Below are positions 1 through 13,400 of a stretch of 64,000 bases of DNA, piece after piece. The stretch is from Saccostrea cucullata (taxonomy: Eukaryota), in assembly GCF_032062105.1 (NCBI RefSeq), contig NW_026930139.1, positions 930,001 to 994,000 on the forward strand, given 5' to 3'. The notes beneath the pieces are model-generated. The model searched no databases, was not told the origin of the DNA, and was given only the letters and a program-made list of their open reading frames with translations. The number at the start of each line of letters is the position of its first letter. Positions within the stretch are counted from its first letter, which is position 1. A program made the position numbers and the translations under genes.

Positions 1-205
1 ATGATATTTAATTCTGTTCTTACTAAGTACATTAAAAAATATATCAATTTTTTTCCTTCAAATTACAAATTGCAGTTATTATTTTGAAAAATACACAAAG
101 AAGAATATTTTGAAGGGATGAAAAGAGAAAGTGTGATGAGACAAAACAATAAGACCACACCAGGACAAAGACACATACACACAAACCACCGGACGAAGTG
201 GACAC

Positions 206-3200
206 TCACTCCTGGGAAAACTCCATGTTGTCAGAATAATCAAACATCTCGCTGTCCTGGCCGATGCCGGAGTCACTATTATAAGGGGCGGACACACTAC
301 AATCAAACAACATACAGGGGCAGTCAGAAATGACCCAGCCAAGGGACCCACGGCAATCAATGGGAAGGGGCATATGTCCCAGTGGGAAAGGCATTACCTT
401 TTGTTTCAGAGTTTTTTTCCTTTTACAGAATATGTGATTTTTCCAGGGTGATTTTTAGCCAAGGGTTTTACGCTACTCTCCTCATTCCCTTTACAGAATA
501 TGTGATTTTTCCAGGGAACGTGGAAATACATGTAATTCCAATTAACAAATGCTTGGTTGTGCATGTACTTAATTTTATTTTTTTCAAAAAAGTTGGAATT
601 CTAGCATTAAAAAAGGCATTTAAGCAAGAAAATATGTGTTGCATAATTTTTGAAAGTACATGTAATTGCCCTGTGAGATTTTACACATCCTTAAAATTAC
701 CCCCAGAATTACGGATATGAGAATCAAGAAAACGTGTATAGAAAACTAAAAATCAAAAGGTATGAGAAAATACATTTAAGATAAACGGTGTTTTGTAACT
801 GTCCGCAGAGAGAGAGAGGGATAAACAGACAGAGCTATAGAAAAGCTGAGCTGTTTCCAGCACCACCTGCAATTTAATGACACCAAACAAAACAAGCCAC
901 CCAGCCATGGCAAAAATCAAACTGCCAGCTTGTGGAAATAAATGTCAATGAAACAATAAAAATCATGATGTACAGATATTATTTATCTGACAACAGTTTA
1001 AGTGCACAGCAATATGTACATAAATATTACAACACCAACTGAAAACTCTAGTCAATTTAGTAGATTAATTCCACATACCTGTATGCCCTGCAGGTGAAGA
1101 AAACAATTCTCTTCAGCTTCTTGTTGTAGAAAAAGTAGTTAAATGACCAAATGCTGCCTTCTTCTCCAAAAGGGTCTGAGATCAGGTCAGGATTGTAGCT
1201 GTAGGAATGAATCATACAAGCATCTTAAATCTAGGTAATATTAATATTATATTAAAAGTATGCATTTATTCTTTTATTGTATTATATGTGTCTTGTATTA
1301 AAATACCCCACTTCTGGTGCTAGATTAAAAAGTTGATTAAAATTTTAATAATTTGTGTGTAAACAATAATTAACAAGTTACCTGTGAGTATTATTTACCT
1401 GTAGATTTCACAATCCTGGAGATTGATTTCCTCGTCAATTGCTGCCCATAAAGTTTGTTTCAATCCAGCGAACAAATCTCCAGCAGCGGCGTTCAGCTCT
1501 GTGTCTACTGTGTTCACAACCCACTACAATAACAAAACAACATTATATATAAACTATAAAAAAATCAATGCTTAACATTACATAATGATTTCACTGCTGC
1601 ATCTCATCGGAAAGATACAATTTTTTGCAAATATTTACTTTTGTGTACATGTACTTAATAAACAATGACATCACTGAACATTATCAACATATAACATGAA
1701 TTTTTCAACCAGTTTTTTTTTCAAATTTGAAAAGCAGTCTTTTTCATCCATTTTGGGAAAAATGGCCACATTTCTTGTGTATCTGGACATCTCTGATTTG
1801 GGATTATGAGAGATCATATTGACCACTTACTTCAATGCTTGGCTCCTTGCTAAACTCCTCACTTTTGGCATTGCTGAAGTCATAGTCTGGATTGAAGGAG
1901 GCATTCAGGGTAGAAATCAGGTAGAACAGTGTTTTGGTGGGAATGGTGTCACACAGATACCCCTCACTCTCCACGGAACCAAAACTCTTACTGTACGGCC
2001 TACAAAACAGTGTACGTAATATATTACACCAGCTCTCATGTTATTAAGTAAATTATATAATCTACATATAAAATAAAGTCATTCTGCTAATTTGATGCAG
2101 TTACAGATTTATCTTATTAAGTTCTATCCTGTTTCTGTATTAGATCTGGACAACTGCCATCTATGTCAATATCTAGATGCACATGGTGTGTCCTTATATG
2201 TGTTTACTTATTAATGAGAATTTAGGCTTACTTGGTTGGACTGTGGGACAGGACTGTTTGGGGAGGGGATAGAGCCTGGAGGTCCAGCGGTCCCACACCC
2301 CCCTCCTGACTGATCAGCTTAAAAAGCTTCTTGTCATTCCCGGCCATCTTGCAAGAGTAACTCTCAATTCTGAAAAAAAAAATAAATATTAACATATTAA
2401 TGGGGTATTAAAAAGACAAATTAAATAAACTACTATCCTAGAAATTAGAATCAACATCCATGTAACATTATCATTGATGGTGCTTTTAAATAATTTCTAA
2501 GATCACTGTATTTTTATTGTACGTGTATAAACAATGATAAATAAGCCTGTGTTTGAGCATATTTTTTTTTTCCACAATGAACTAACTATAATAAAACACA
2601 GTCACATCAAAGAAGTCATCATCTCATTGACTCAAGCACTTCTTTTGTAGAGGTTTCATTATTAACTTTTTTATTTTAAATGATAGGTATTCAGGGGTAG
2701 AAACTCTACAGAATTGCAACTTGCAAATAATTGCGAGTACAAAAAAAGAACAAGCAAATTTCACTAGGGGAAAGTGTTGCTATTTCGGACGGGGGTGTTA
2801 TTTCGGACAGTCAATAAAGAGCTTTATCACTTTTTCTCTTGTGTTATTTATTATGATATTAAAACTTACTTCTGTAGATAATACATTTACAAAATGGTTT
2901 ACAAAAAAATCTTTGCGTGTGTCAGCTCAGGTGCGACTTGTTGCCATAAATAAATGACCTTCACCGACTGTGCTGTGGATGACGCTAATATCCGTCTACT
3001 TTCAGTTTGACAGGCAAAATGGTGCACGGTTGAGATAATTGGTTTTCTGCTAAAATTTACTTCTAAAAAATTATAAATGTGAATAAATTCCATTTAAATA
3101 ATTATTTTCTTCAATATTTCATAAAGAATTATCTTGTAAATGGAAATAATTAACCGAAATTGAGGTGTCCGGAATTACAACACCTCTCTGAGAGACAGAA

Positions 3201-5022
3201 AACGTGACTAAAATTTGACCCATTACTGGCTTTAGACCTTTTATATATTTCGATAAACTTGCATTACTGACCATAACTTGGTTTTTTTTTTTAATTTAAA
3301 AATATTTAAAACGAACTTTTAAAATGGTTGTGTTATTTCTTTTTCTTCATTTTTTTTAAAAAGTGGGGGGGGGGGGGGGGGGGGGTGATAAAGAGAGAGA
3401 AAGAGAGGGAAGATCGAATCTAAATCTGCCAGTGTAACATACCTGTTCAGGTGTTCAGTGCTTAATATTTTAAAAGCCTTCTACTTACAAAGTTCACATA
3501 AATATAAATAAATGAAATTTACGTACCCCCTTTAATTATGCCATTCAATTTATTGTTTAAAAAAAATAAACAAACATGCAATGTAATGTAATTAAGATGT
3601 TCATTTGAAATGGGTTTCTCAGACACTATACATTTCTTAACGTATTACAGTTCTACAAAAATAAAAATGCCACCCCCAAATTAAATTTGAAAAAAAGCCG
3701 TTTGGAATTAAATATAAATTGAAAACGTACTTCGACCCATGGTTATACATGTTTGAATTTAACTGACCACAAGGTTCTGTAGATGTTATATACACTGTAC
3801 TTGGTAGGGCTAGTCTACCTGGCAAAAGATATTCAGATGGGTTTTTTCTTTTGAAAACACCTCATTATCATTTTTTATTCCCCGATGTCAAGCAATATCT
3901 GACATTGAGAAAATATATACATATTTAGCATCTGAAGCGTGATTTATATCCTTCTTTTAAATGTCTTTTTTTTTTTATTTTAAAACCTTAGAATTTTTTA
4001 CCAGACTACGATATACTTAGTCTAGTACTTTGATGTAAAAAAAAAATCAGTGTTCACATCTTTTTTTTAAAAATTAATTTATTTTGGTTAAATAAAAAAT
4101 CAATTGAAAGAAAAAAAGTAAAAGAAAAACCCAAGAAACAAATGTGAAGAAAGTAATAAATGAAATAATTTTATTATATATCTGCATATCATATATGTGT
4201 TTGCTACACATATTTATCCTACATATTGTTCACGCTACTTATAATTTTTGCGGCAAATACAATTTTTTCTATTGAAAAGTGTTTATATTTTATTTCATAC
4301 ATCCCGACAAAAGCTAGTCAAAGTTCCCTGCTGTAATTAGCACGACCATCGTGTAATCTGTGCGACACAGCAGCAAGCATACCTTTTTTACCCACTGTCC
4401 GACATTGTAACACCCTGTGTCCGAAGTTACAACACCACTGTCCGAAGTTACAACCTCCTACCTAGTGCTGTTTAAATGCGTTTACTAATGATATTATCTC
4501 ACGAAAAGAGCCGATGTACCACGAAAATAAGTAGCGGAAGGTTTTCTGCATCGAACGGTGTATAGCATGCCTATATTTAGCGGTAAATGCCAAGTATTTC
4601 CAAAAAAGCATTCTGAAGTGTCCGAAATATCAACACTTTCCCCTAGACTTCTTGCAATTTTCATATAAAAAAGGCTTTGTATATTTAGATAAATGGACTC
4701 TCAAGTTTTTTCGAGTTCACAAATTTCAAACTCGCAATTTGGATATTCTAAATTGGATTTTGCAAGTTGACTATACAGTAAATTTTGAACGCTGGGTTTG
4801 CCTATCATAATGGGTAACCTTGTCCTTCTAAACAACCTACATTTCACTGAACACCTGTAGTCATGACAGTGAAACTTGGGTTGGGACATTGTAGGTTTAC
4901 TAAATCTCCAAATCACTCAGTCTTATAGCTATGTCATACCTTCCTTCTATCCTGGAAGTCTCTAGCTGCATATTAAGAGCACTGTTGATTTGTTCAAATC
5001 TTGAATTTTCCAAGAGCTTCAT
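206..5022 (-). CDS. MAF1: MAF1, repressor of RNA polymerase III transcription (6 coding exons)
   Basis: Exons 5022-4940, 2369-2232, 1999-1831, 1523-1399, 1198-1079, 296-206 have GT-AG boundaries and compatible phases. Translation: [126 protein letters not shown], i.e. MAF1 boxes A/B/C, then an acidic tail. Confidence 0.96.
2767..4643. mobile_element. Non-autonomous TIR DNA transposon (TA-flanked, Tc1/mariner/pogo-like) in the first coding intron of MAF1
   Basis: 24-bp TIR ggggaaagtgttg(c/a)tatttcggac with TA on both sides. Subterminal repeats tgtccgaagttacaacacc at about 4396-4460. No transposase ORF. Confidence 0.85.
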
Positions 5023-6509
5023 TTTAAATATCGAGTGTCACAAAAAATAAAGAACTGTCAAAGGTAAACAAAGGGAAAGAACAAATTAAAACAAGGATAA
5101 AGAACGACTCGGAAGTCTAAAGTTTTTCAGAAAACTTTTAGGGTGTGAATAAAAAGAAATCCTCTTCAGTGAGTCTCTTTTGCTTGATGAGAAATTTTCA
5201 ACTTTCATTGCATCAAAATCACAGAATGCTATATCCTCCATTGATGGCTGAATTATCGATAATCAAAATTAAAACGCGCAAATCACACGATCAAACAGTG
5301 ATAATAATGCTGGAAGTTCTTTCTTTTTCCAACAAACCACAATGTCTGACTCACTAAAACAGAATTCAATCTCGAAAATCTACGTTTTGATCCACTCTCC
5401 TTCTTCTTCCTTGAAAAATTATTTGTAAACTTGACCTACAAAAAAATGCACCCACAATGCAATGCGTTGATTTATATAATCCGTTTCTAAAAAGCGAAAG
5501 CTGACTTTTAACTCTGACGCATGCTTCGACGTGTTTTCCAAATTAGTAAGAATGTATAAAGATTAAATCAACAGATTTCTTTTTTGTTGTTAACACATTT
5601 TTAACATACTTTTTACGCTAATTAAATCCTAACAGCCCGGTGTTTCATAACCATGATAACAGCCCAGTAAACAAGAGTAATATTTACCCTTGGGCTAGAA
5701 AAGTACATATTAATTTTTTACTTTTCTGCAATCATATGTTCATCATGTTCATGTCTGGGATGACAAAACTAATGACAATACAAAAAATAATATTGTAGAA
5801 TGTTTTTTTTATCGCTACTATTCTCCTGCTAAAACATTTTATAGTTCAGTTGTAAATACATGTAGGTAAATCCGTAATCATGGTAACGAAAACTAATTAA
5901 TCAGGACTTCGCGTCAATATCTCTGTTCTGAATTGTTGGTTTTCAAAGCATTTTTTGAGGGACTTAAGCAATTAGACTGGGGGAGGAGGGATGTATAGGC
6001 CACGTACAATACTAGGTCAAAGCACTACAGAGACCCTTATACTAATATTACTGCTATATATCATAGTATATATGTCCCTGGTAATTTTTATTGATCAATG
6101 AAAAATGCACAATTACTAAACGTTGGTGAATTCAGTTCTTTGTATATGCTGTCCTCCTTGACATATTTCATTTACTGATGAAATCTGCAACATGACTAGT
6201 TTTAAGAAAAAGCAGGTTATAGAGGGAGAATAATAATGTGTACCTTTTAAGATATAAAGTAGAAAAAAAAAATCAACCATTGCCAATTTTAACTGACAGT
6301 TAAACACAGATCGAGTTCTTATACACAGACATGGGTTTTAGTATTTTCTATTAGAAAGTTGACGATCAACGTCTTAATTGTTTTTAGAAATAATTGAATC
6401 TGCAATTTGCAATTCCCTCCCGATAATACTACAAACATTACTTACTAGTATTTGGTTCTATTCTTATGCTGCAAAACTGTTTTAGGTTCATTTATCTACT
6501 AATATTAAT

Positions 6510-7125
6510 AAATATATGAGACACAACATTGCCCGTATGGCAGATAATAGGGAGGGTTGAAATTTCTCAAATGTTAGTCAAACTTCATGGTCAAGGTCAA
6601 AAGATTAAAAAAAAAATGTTGGTTTCCAATGGAAGGTCTTATATCATGCACGAATAAACTCGTGAAATATGAAAGCCCTAGTACTATCTGTTCAAAATTT
6701 ATGGACAAGGATATACATGTATATATATATTTTTTGAAAATGGGTCAGACACTAAGGTCAAGGTCTAAAAGTAAAAAAAAAAATCTCCATGAAAAGGTCT
6801 TATATCACAATGAATATATACAGAATAGAATAGAATACGAAGGAAGAAAGCAAAAGTACCAACATGTTCAAAAATTATGGCCAAGGTTAAAGTTTCGTAA
6901 TTTTTTGCAAAAGTTGGTCAAACTACAAGGCCAGGGTCAAGAGGTCATATTTGTTGGTATCCGAAGAAAGGTCGATCTTGTCTCAAACCGGATATGAAAG
7001 CCATAACCCCAAACACTCTTGAAAGTTTTGGGCAAGATGATTATTGTTTTTGCAGACAAACAAACCAACAGTTTGACAGACAGATGGACAGACGGACATA
7101 TACCTTGCAAAAACGAGAGCATAAA
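6510..7125 (+). mobile_element. Pearl/CvA-like (Helentron-type non-autonomous) element, degraded
   Basis: Degenerate core repeats with gtcaaggtca motifs followed by a GACA/GACG microsatellite. Same family as 17586-18048 and 34119-34572. Ends are approximate. Confidence 0.6.
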
Positions 7126-7608
7126 GCTAGTGAGTGAACAGAGGATCCCCAAACCTGCACTGGGGAAATCATTATCAAATCAAGATATAGACTATAGAAG
7201 GCAATTCTATGACACCTAATTTATCTCCAAACATTGAAGAGTTCAGCTGGAGGAGCAAAGACGTGACAAGAATCAAATAAATTTTCCTGGTGTGGATAAT
7301 GGCCTTGACTTAAAGGTTTGTATGCCGTATTTATCTGTATAAGTAATAACTATACCATTACAAATTGCTGGCTAACATTATAGCAGTATGTCGTCATACT
7401 TGTACGGTAATTACCATACCACCTATGACTCACTGAATCCGAATTTTCTTGTCTCATTTTTAATATTTTTAGTTGTCATAAGTTATTGGATTTTTCATTC
7501 CAGATCTTTTAAGAGTAATGAAAAATGTAAAGTTTCTGTCTTCTGATTATGTTAAAGAATGAACTTTGTACCTACTTCCAAGAAGTAAACAGTGTTACTG
7601 TTAATATG

Positions 7609-7919
7609 AACTAGAGGTACTGTGAGCAATGAGCTCACTAAATGATACCCCCGCCTCCCATATATGAATATAATGGCAGTGTCCATGTTTTGCTCTGGAA
7701 AATCCAAAATATATGTCAGATCAAAAAGTAAAATAGGAGGTGCACAATGGCAATATGTAATAAAGATTCTCTGAAAGTTTTATTAAATTTCCTTCAGCAG
7801 TATGAGAGGAGTTGTGGATAAGAGATGGGTACCCCAAAGTGTAACAGATGGACGGACAAACGGACGGACATACCGATTACTATATACCCTTCCGCTTTTC
7901 AAGCTGGGGGTATAATAAT
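7609..7919 (+). mobile_element. Short pearl/CvA-like element
   Basis: Head aactagaggtactgtgagcaa, gacggaca microsatellite, terminal hairpin tataccc...gggtataa. A reverse copy of the same head lies at about 9830-9849. Confidence 0.6.
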
Positions 7920-8379
7920 AATTTTAAAGTAATGACAGCTTTCCAACTATCCATCAATAAAAAAACCCCAAATAGTAATTATTCCTCAGGGTTCTACAGT
8001 TTTGATCCATGTTCCATAAAATGATGGTATTGTTATATGCTACTCCCACTGGGGGATTTAAAGGGGGGGGGGGGGGGGGCAGGGGGCCACCCCCACCCTT
8101 TGTGTCCAAAAAATACACAAAATTTGATGAATCAATGGTTTTTATGGTGTGGCTGAGAACCCCTACCCTCACCCAAACTGGTCCATCCCTTTCTAGATTT
8201 CGGGATCCACTACTGACACCATATTGTCATAGTGCATAGGAATATCAAGACTGTCCACTTCTATAAAGAGAAAAGCTACACCAATACCAGGATTCAGAAT
8301 GAGATAAACTTCATCACCTTCCCAATTTAAGACCTTTTGATTGAATTTTGTAAAAAAAAAAAAAATATTATTACATTAT

Positions 8380-8714
8380 TATAACAGTTGGGGGAAAATG
8401 TCAGTCATATTGGGATTGAACCTGGGACCTGCTTCTAACTGTGCAGATACTCTAACTGACTGAGCTACAGGACTTACACACCCTATCCCTGTTACACTCT
8501 TCCCCTTTTTCTCGAGGTTTTCTGTCTTGAAAAGCTCACCGAGTCTTTTCTAAACCACCAGTGAGCTTTATTGTTGGGCGCCAAATATAAAAGGTGGGGG
8601 AAAATGTTGGCCAGGGACTCGAACCTGGGACCTCTTGTTAACTATGCAGGATCTCTGTTAGAGATTCTTTAACCACTGAGATACTGGGCTTGTGTGCCCT
8701 TTCCCCATTAAACA
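8380..8714 (-). mobile_element. Degraded TRIM with tRNA-derived LTRs (Helenus-like), tRNA-Lys PBS
   Basis: Direct repeats 8380-8496 and 8586-8714, each with A/B-box-like tRNA sequence on the minus strand. Between them on the minus strand: PBS tttggcgcccaac and PPT aaaaaggggaagag. No TSD visible. Confidence 0.7.
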
Positions 8715-10470
8715 ATGAAGTGCATAGAAGCTTTGGGATTGCTAGTTTGTTTCATATGCATGTAGAGTAAGGTAACAAATTGTGTCCAATTTGTTCTTTG
8801 TTGTAAGGTGGAGCTTCATCTATCCCCCTACAAAATCAACTTGTATCAATAACCCCCCCCCACACACACACACACAAAATCAGCTTGTATCAATTTGCCA
8901 ATAAAAATGGCTTTGAAAAGTAAGTAGCAGTGATAAAAATTTTGAAAAACATGTACATGTTAACATTCAAGCCTCGATGGGATTGATGAAGAACTTTAAG
9001 ATATCTTAGTATGGGAGATACCAACAATACCATGGGTAAAATACTTCAAGAGGAATTCTTGTCTACTTTCTGACTAGATGTAATATTAAAAGTATATTTG
9101 CTTATGTGTCTTATGTATTTAGATGTAAAAGATTAAAGATTTAAAGATCTTATTTTTCTTTCCTTCTCATAATTGTACCATTTTGTTTGAACAGGAATGA
9201 TAAACTGAGTTTGAAATCTAGCATGGGCTATATTTTTTTCCAATTTTGCAGAATTGCAGTTTGTGAAAATAACTCCTTTTTCTGTTTCTTAAAATTACTG
9301 CAGAACATTTAATCTTTTGTAATAGAAGAAGGCATCACACGATTGACGGCAGTTATTTTTTTTTATTCTTAATGTTGAGGAAAAATATAAGGATCTTGAC
9401 CTGACCTTGCTTCTAAATTAAAATATTCAACTTTAATCTAATCAATGGATAAGCTTTGGAAGCTCTTACTTGATACAGTAATTGTTTGTGACCCATGGGT
9501 GTGCCCTGACCCTGAACCAAACTGATTCAAGGTCACAAAAAAGGTATAAAATTCTATTTTTCTTAGCAACCTAGAACTTTTTGATGATCCTGAGGCCTAA
9601 GGTCATTTCACCAAGTTTAAAGTTACTAAAAACAAATGTAAAATATTTGAAATTCATGACAGGTCTAACATTTTCCAAAGAAGAAACATTGGATGTCAGT
9701 ATTTCATCTAAAGATTACTTATGGTCAGAGGATTTGTCTTTTTTTTTTAAAAAATCAAGATCGTTCTGGCAACTATAAGGTCACATTCGCAAAATTTGAA
9801 TGAGCACTTTAAAAAATTATTATGATAGCTTGCTCACAGTACATTTAGTATAATTGGAATTTAAAGGTAAGTATGGTTGATTTTTTTTTTTCGTAAGCAA
9901 ATTCTTGTGAAATAGAGAAGACATAATATTTTCCTCAAAAAAGAAAAGCCACGTTATTTTATCAAGATAGTTTCTTACATTGAAGTTTATTCAACTCAGT
10001 GGTTTTTGCTATATATGGATGATCATTGGGTAAAATTTTTATACTTTAAGATGACAAAGTTAAGACAGAAAACATGTATAATGTAACTTTTGATCTCTTG
10101 CCAAGGTTGTAAAATAAATCTAGACCACATGTATGATTTTTTGTTTACATAAAAGTTTTATGTTAATTTTTCAAAGGACAGAATTTTTCAATTATGTATA
10201 TATTTACATGTATGGTTTATTTATATATACACTAAGTATTTAAATTGAGTGTTGGCTATTTTGATCCAGGAAGTTAAAATGCCGTTTACTTTTTAATGCT
10301 CTATGAGAAGGCTGTAAAGAGTCAGTTATTAAAACGACAGGATGATGAGATGATTTTGATTGAGCTCTTTCTTGGCTTTAAATGGAAAATCCAATACCTG
10401 TTTTACTAAATGCGTCAACAGGTAGTGTGACTACTCGTGAGGCATGTCTTGATTAAGAAATACACGTATC

Positions 10471-13400
10471 ATGGAGCAATCACCAGCTGAACAGGTGGAT
10501 ACCCACCTGAGTCTTGGACAGCTAAGTGGTAGAGAGATTCTTTGTGTGACTACCTGTGAGATTTATGTTCCTCTCCCCGAGGTGAATCAGGTGGGGCAGG
10601 GGACACTGGAGAAGGTCAGAAAGGGGGACAAGCTTCTCCACCCACACGGAGGTCTGTGTGACTTGTACCTCCTGACTTCTCCTCAAGATTCCAACATAAA
10701 ATCTCTAGCTATGGACTTCTATAGTTCTGAGCAATCGGTACTCTCCCGAAAAAAGGATGCTATTATAAATGTTTTTTGCAAGGATTATTTTTAGCAAAAA
10801 TTTTCTTCATGAACAATTTTTTTTCCAGATTAAACTGTCTATCACATTGAACAACATTACTAAAGATACTCTAAGGGTGTTTATCAGAAGCGACTCATGG
10901 TTTGAGTTCTGGAGTCACCTTGGCAACCGGAATCACAATACAACCATTAAGTTGTGCCAGGATGATGAACACTGGAAAGATTTCTCTTCTCTTCTAAAGG
11001 AACGGGTCAGCTTCCTTAAAGAGTGTTTCAGAACCAAGGGAAATCCTAATCAAGGTGTGTATCGCAAACTCAGGTACATTTCATTGAAGCAGGTCCATCA
11101 TGTAAAAACACAAAAATATATAGTACAAAAAATTAACAGTTATATTTGTAGAAATTTATATTCAGACAAGATAAGTAAAAATTAATTCTAGAATTTTCTA
11201 AGTTTAGTTGGATTGCTTGAATTGCAGAGCATATGTACTACAGGTAATGTTAGGTTACAAAACAAAGACCACCTTATTGTAGTTTGACAAACAGAAGAAT
11301 GATGCATGTAATAAATTCCATGATATTATATAGTCCTTGGCTTATGTGTACTTGGTCACTGAAGTTAAGTGCATTGAACAGCCTTGTAAATAACATTTTG
11401 AATGAAGAAGAGATTTATTAGAGATTCCATGCTTTTAAGAACTGGGAAGTTAATCAAAAATTTAGAATTATGATGTTTTCTTTTGTAGTGTTTGAACTTG
11501 TTGCATTTCAGTCTAAGAGGACTGCAAGCACCAAATCTAAGCAAGAGTTGAATAAAAGTGAACCACCAAAAGAAAAAATACAGGGCACAGATACATCAGA
11601 ATTGGAGGAAAAGGGTGTTATATATAGATTTCAGAAACAGTCCGACAGTGATTTATATCAGAAAGACAAGGAAGATAAAATTCTTCATAGAACACAGTCC
11701 CAGGGGGAAATCCCTGAGAAGGATAGTTCTAATGTTTCACCTCCAAATACTCAAGGAGTTCTAGTCTCTCGTCCAGTAAAGATAAGTGAGTCAGAAACTG
11801 ATGTGTTTGAACCTCCGTTTTCTCCTGCCAATTTTAAATTGATAGACACTAAATCAAAATTATTTGGCAATCTTCTCCTGCAAGAAAATAAAATAGAATC
11901 CAAGAGCAATGATTTAGAATCAACAGTAAAACCAAACAGCGTTGAAGCTGCCAAATATTTGAGTGTTTTTCAGCCTCAGCATGTGCCTTCTCCTCAGTCT
12001 TTGAAGGCTGAGATAGAAAGAGATTCCAGTATTTATGAAAGTGAAAGTGGTGATTATGAAGACATGATGGACCAAGAGAAAGCCATTCAGAGACTAGTAG
12101 AGTTGCTGCAGGCAGCCATTAATTCAAATGATAAAGAGGCTGCAGCAAAGCATGCTGGGAGTTTAGCAGTCAGTGCTGCAAAGGTGACCATTACATTAGA
12201 TAGCAGTAGTCTGAAGAACCCTAAAGACAAAGAGTTCAGGTAACTAGGCAGATTTCTAAGGGCACACTGTAGTACATCCAAAATTATGCTAATGATATAA
12301 ATTTAAAATGTGCATTCTTGTGGAAAAAGGAATTTTTCTATTAACTTGATTAAGGAGACTTGTATATAAAAAAGGCAATGTAATTCAATGCAATTTTAGT
12401 TGTTTTTTTTTTTTTTATATTTCTGTAAAATTCTTTTGCAATTGCTACTGTCGACATTAAAATCATCTTGTTTGTTAAATTCCTTCCTGACTAATGAATT
12501 TGAATTACAATTGAGCTACAGGATAGAAAGGCAATCAAAACATGCTTCTTTAGTTGCTATGATGTAAAATAGTTCTAATATTCTGAATTCGGGAACCTAT
12601 TCTGTATATTAAGTTAAACTATGTTCTGTGAAAAGATGGTTTGATCGATTGTTTCTCAACATCCTCCTATCCAGAGGGTCCACTGAGTTAAAAGAGAAAA
12701 AATTTTACAGTAAAATTTGTCTTATCTGGTCACCAGTGGTTTTAAAGAAAATATTTCACGTACATGCAGTTATTGATAGTGGTAACCTTAACATGGTTGA
12801 CTGTACTGAGATGTGTGCATGCTTCATTTTACAGCATTAAAGTGTACGTAGAAGACAGGGAAGCCTCAGGAGGATGTATAACTCTGAATGTCAAACCCTC
12901 AGACACAGTCAAGGACCTCAAGCTCAGGGTTCGTATTATAAGATTCACTTATGTACTGTTCTTCATTTATTAAACAATTCAAAAACTTTATAGGTACACT
13001 TAAAAAGTCCTTCTCTTTAGCATTTTTTGTTTAAATTTAGGTTTAAAGAACACATACGAAATTGTATTTTTTTTGCATAAAATGCAAATGTGTTTGAATT
13101 ATGATGAATAGTTATTAATTTTTCTTTTTTTTGCAAATTCACAGCTGTAGGATACATTGAAATTATTATTAATTTTTTTTACTGTGAACAGATGTGTTTG
13201 AAGCACAGTTTTCCAATGGAGGTCCAGAAGTGGATCATAGGGAAGCGTATCCCCCCCGACACTGAGACCCTCCAGAAGGCTCGAGTGAGTCAAGGTCAGG
13301 CAGTCTATTTATATCTCATCTCACCCAAGTCTGTGGGACTGACCAAGGAGAAATTTATGGAGGACCGACAAAAAATGCTTCATAACCAGCGTGAGTCTTG

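Noticed and set aside
6587-7314. 136-aa ORF and a possible upstream exon of the LUBAC gene ending at 7314
   Set aside because: The ORF lies in a repeat. 7130-7314 has stops in all frames, so at most it is a UTR exon, which I cannot support.
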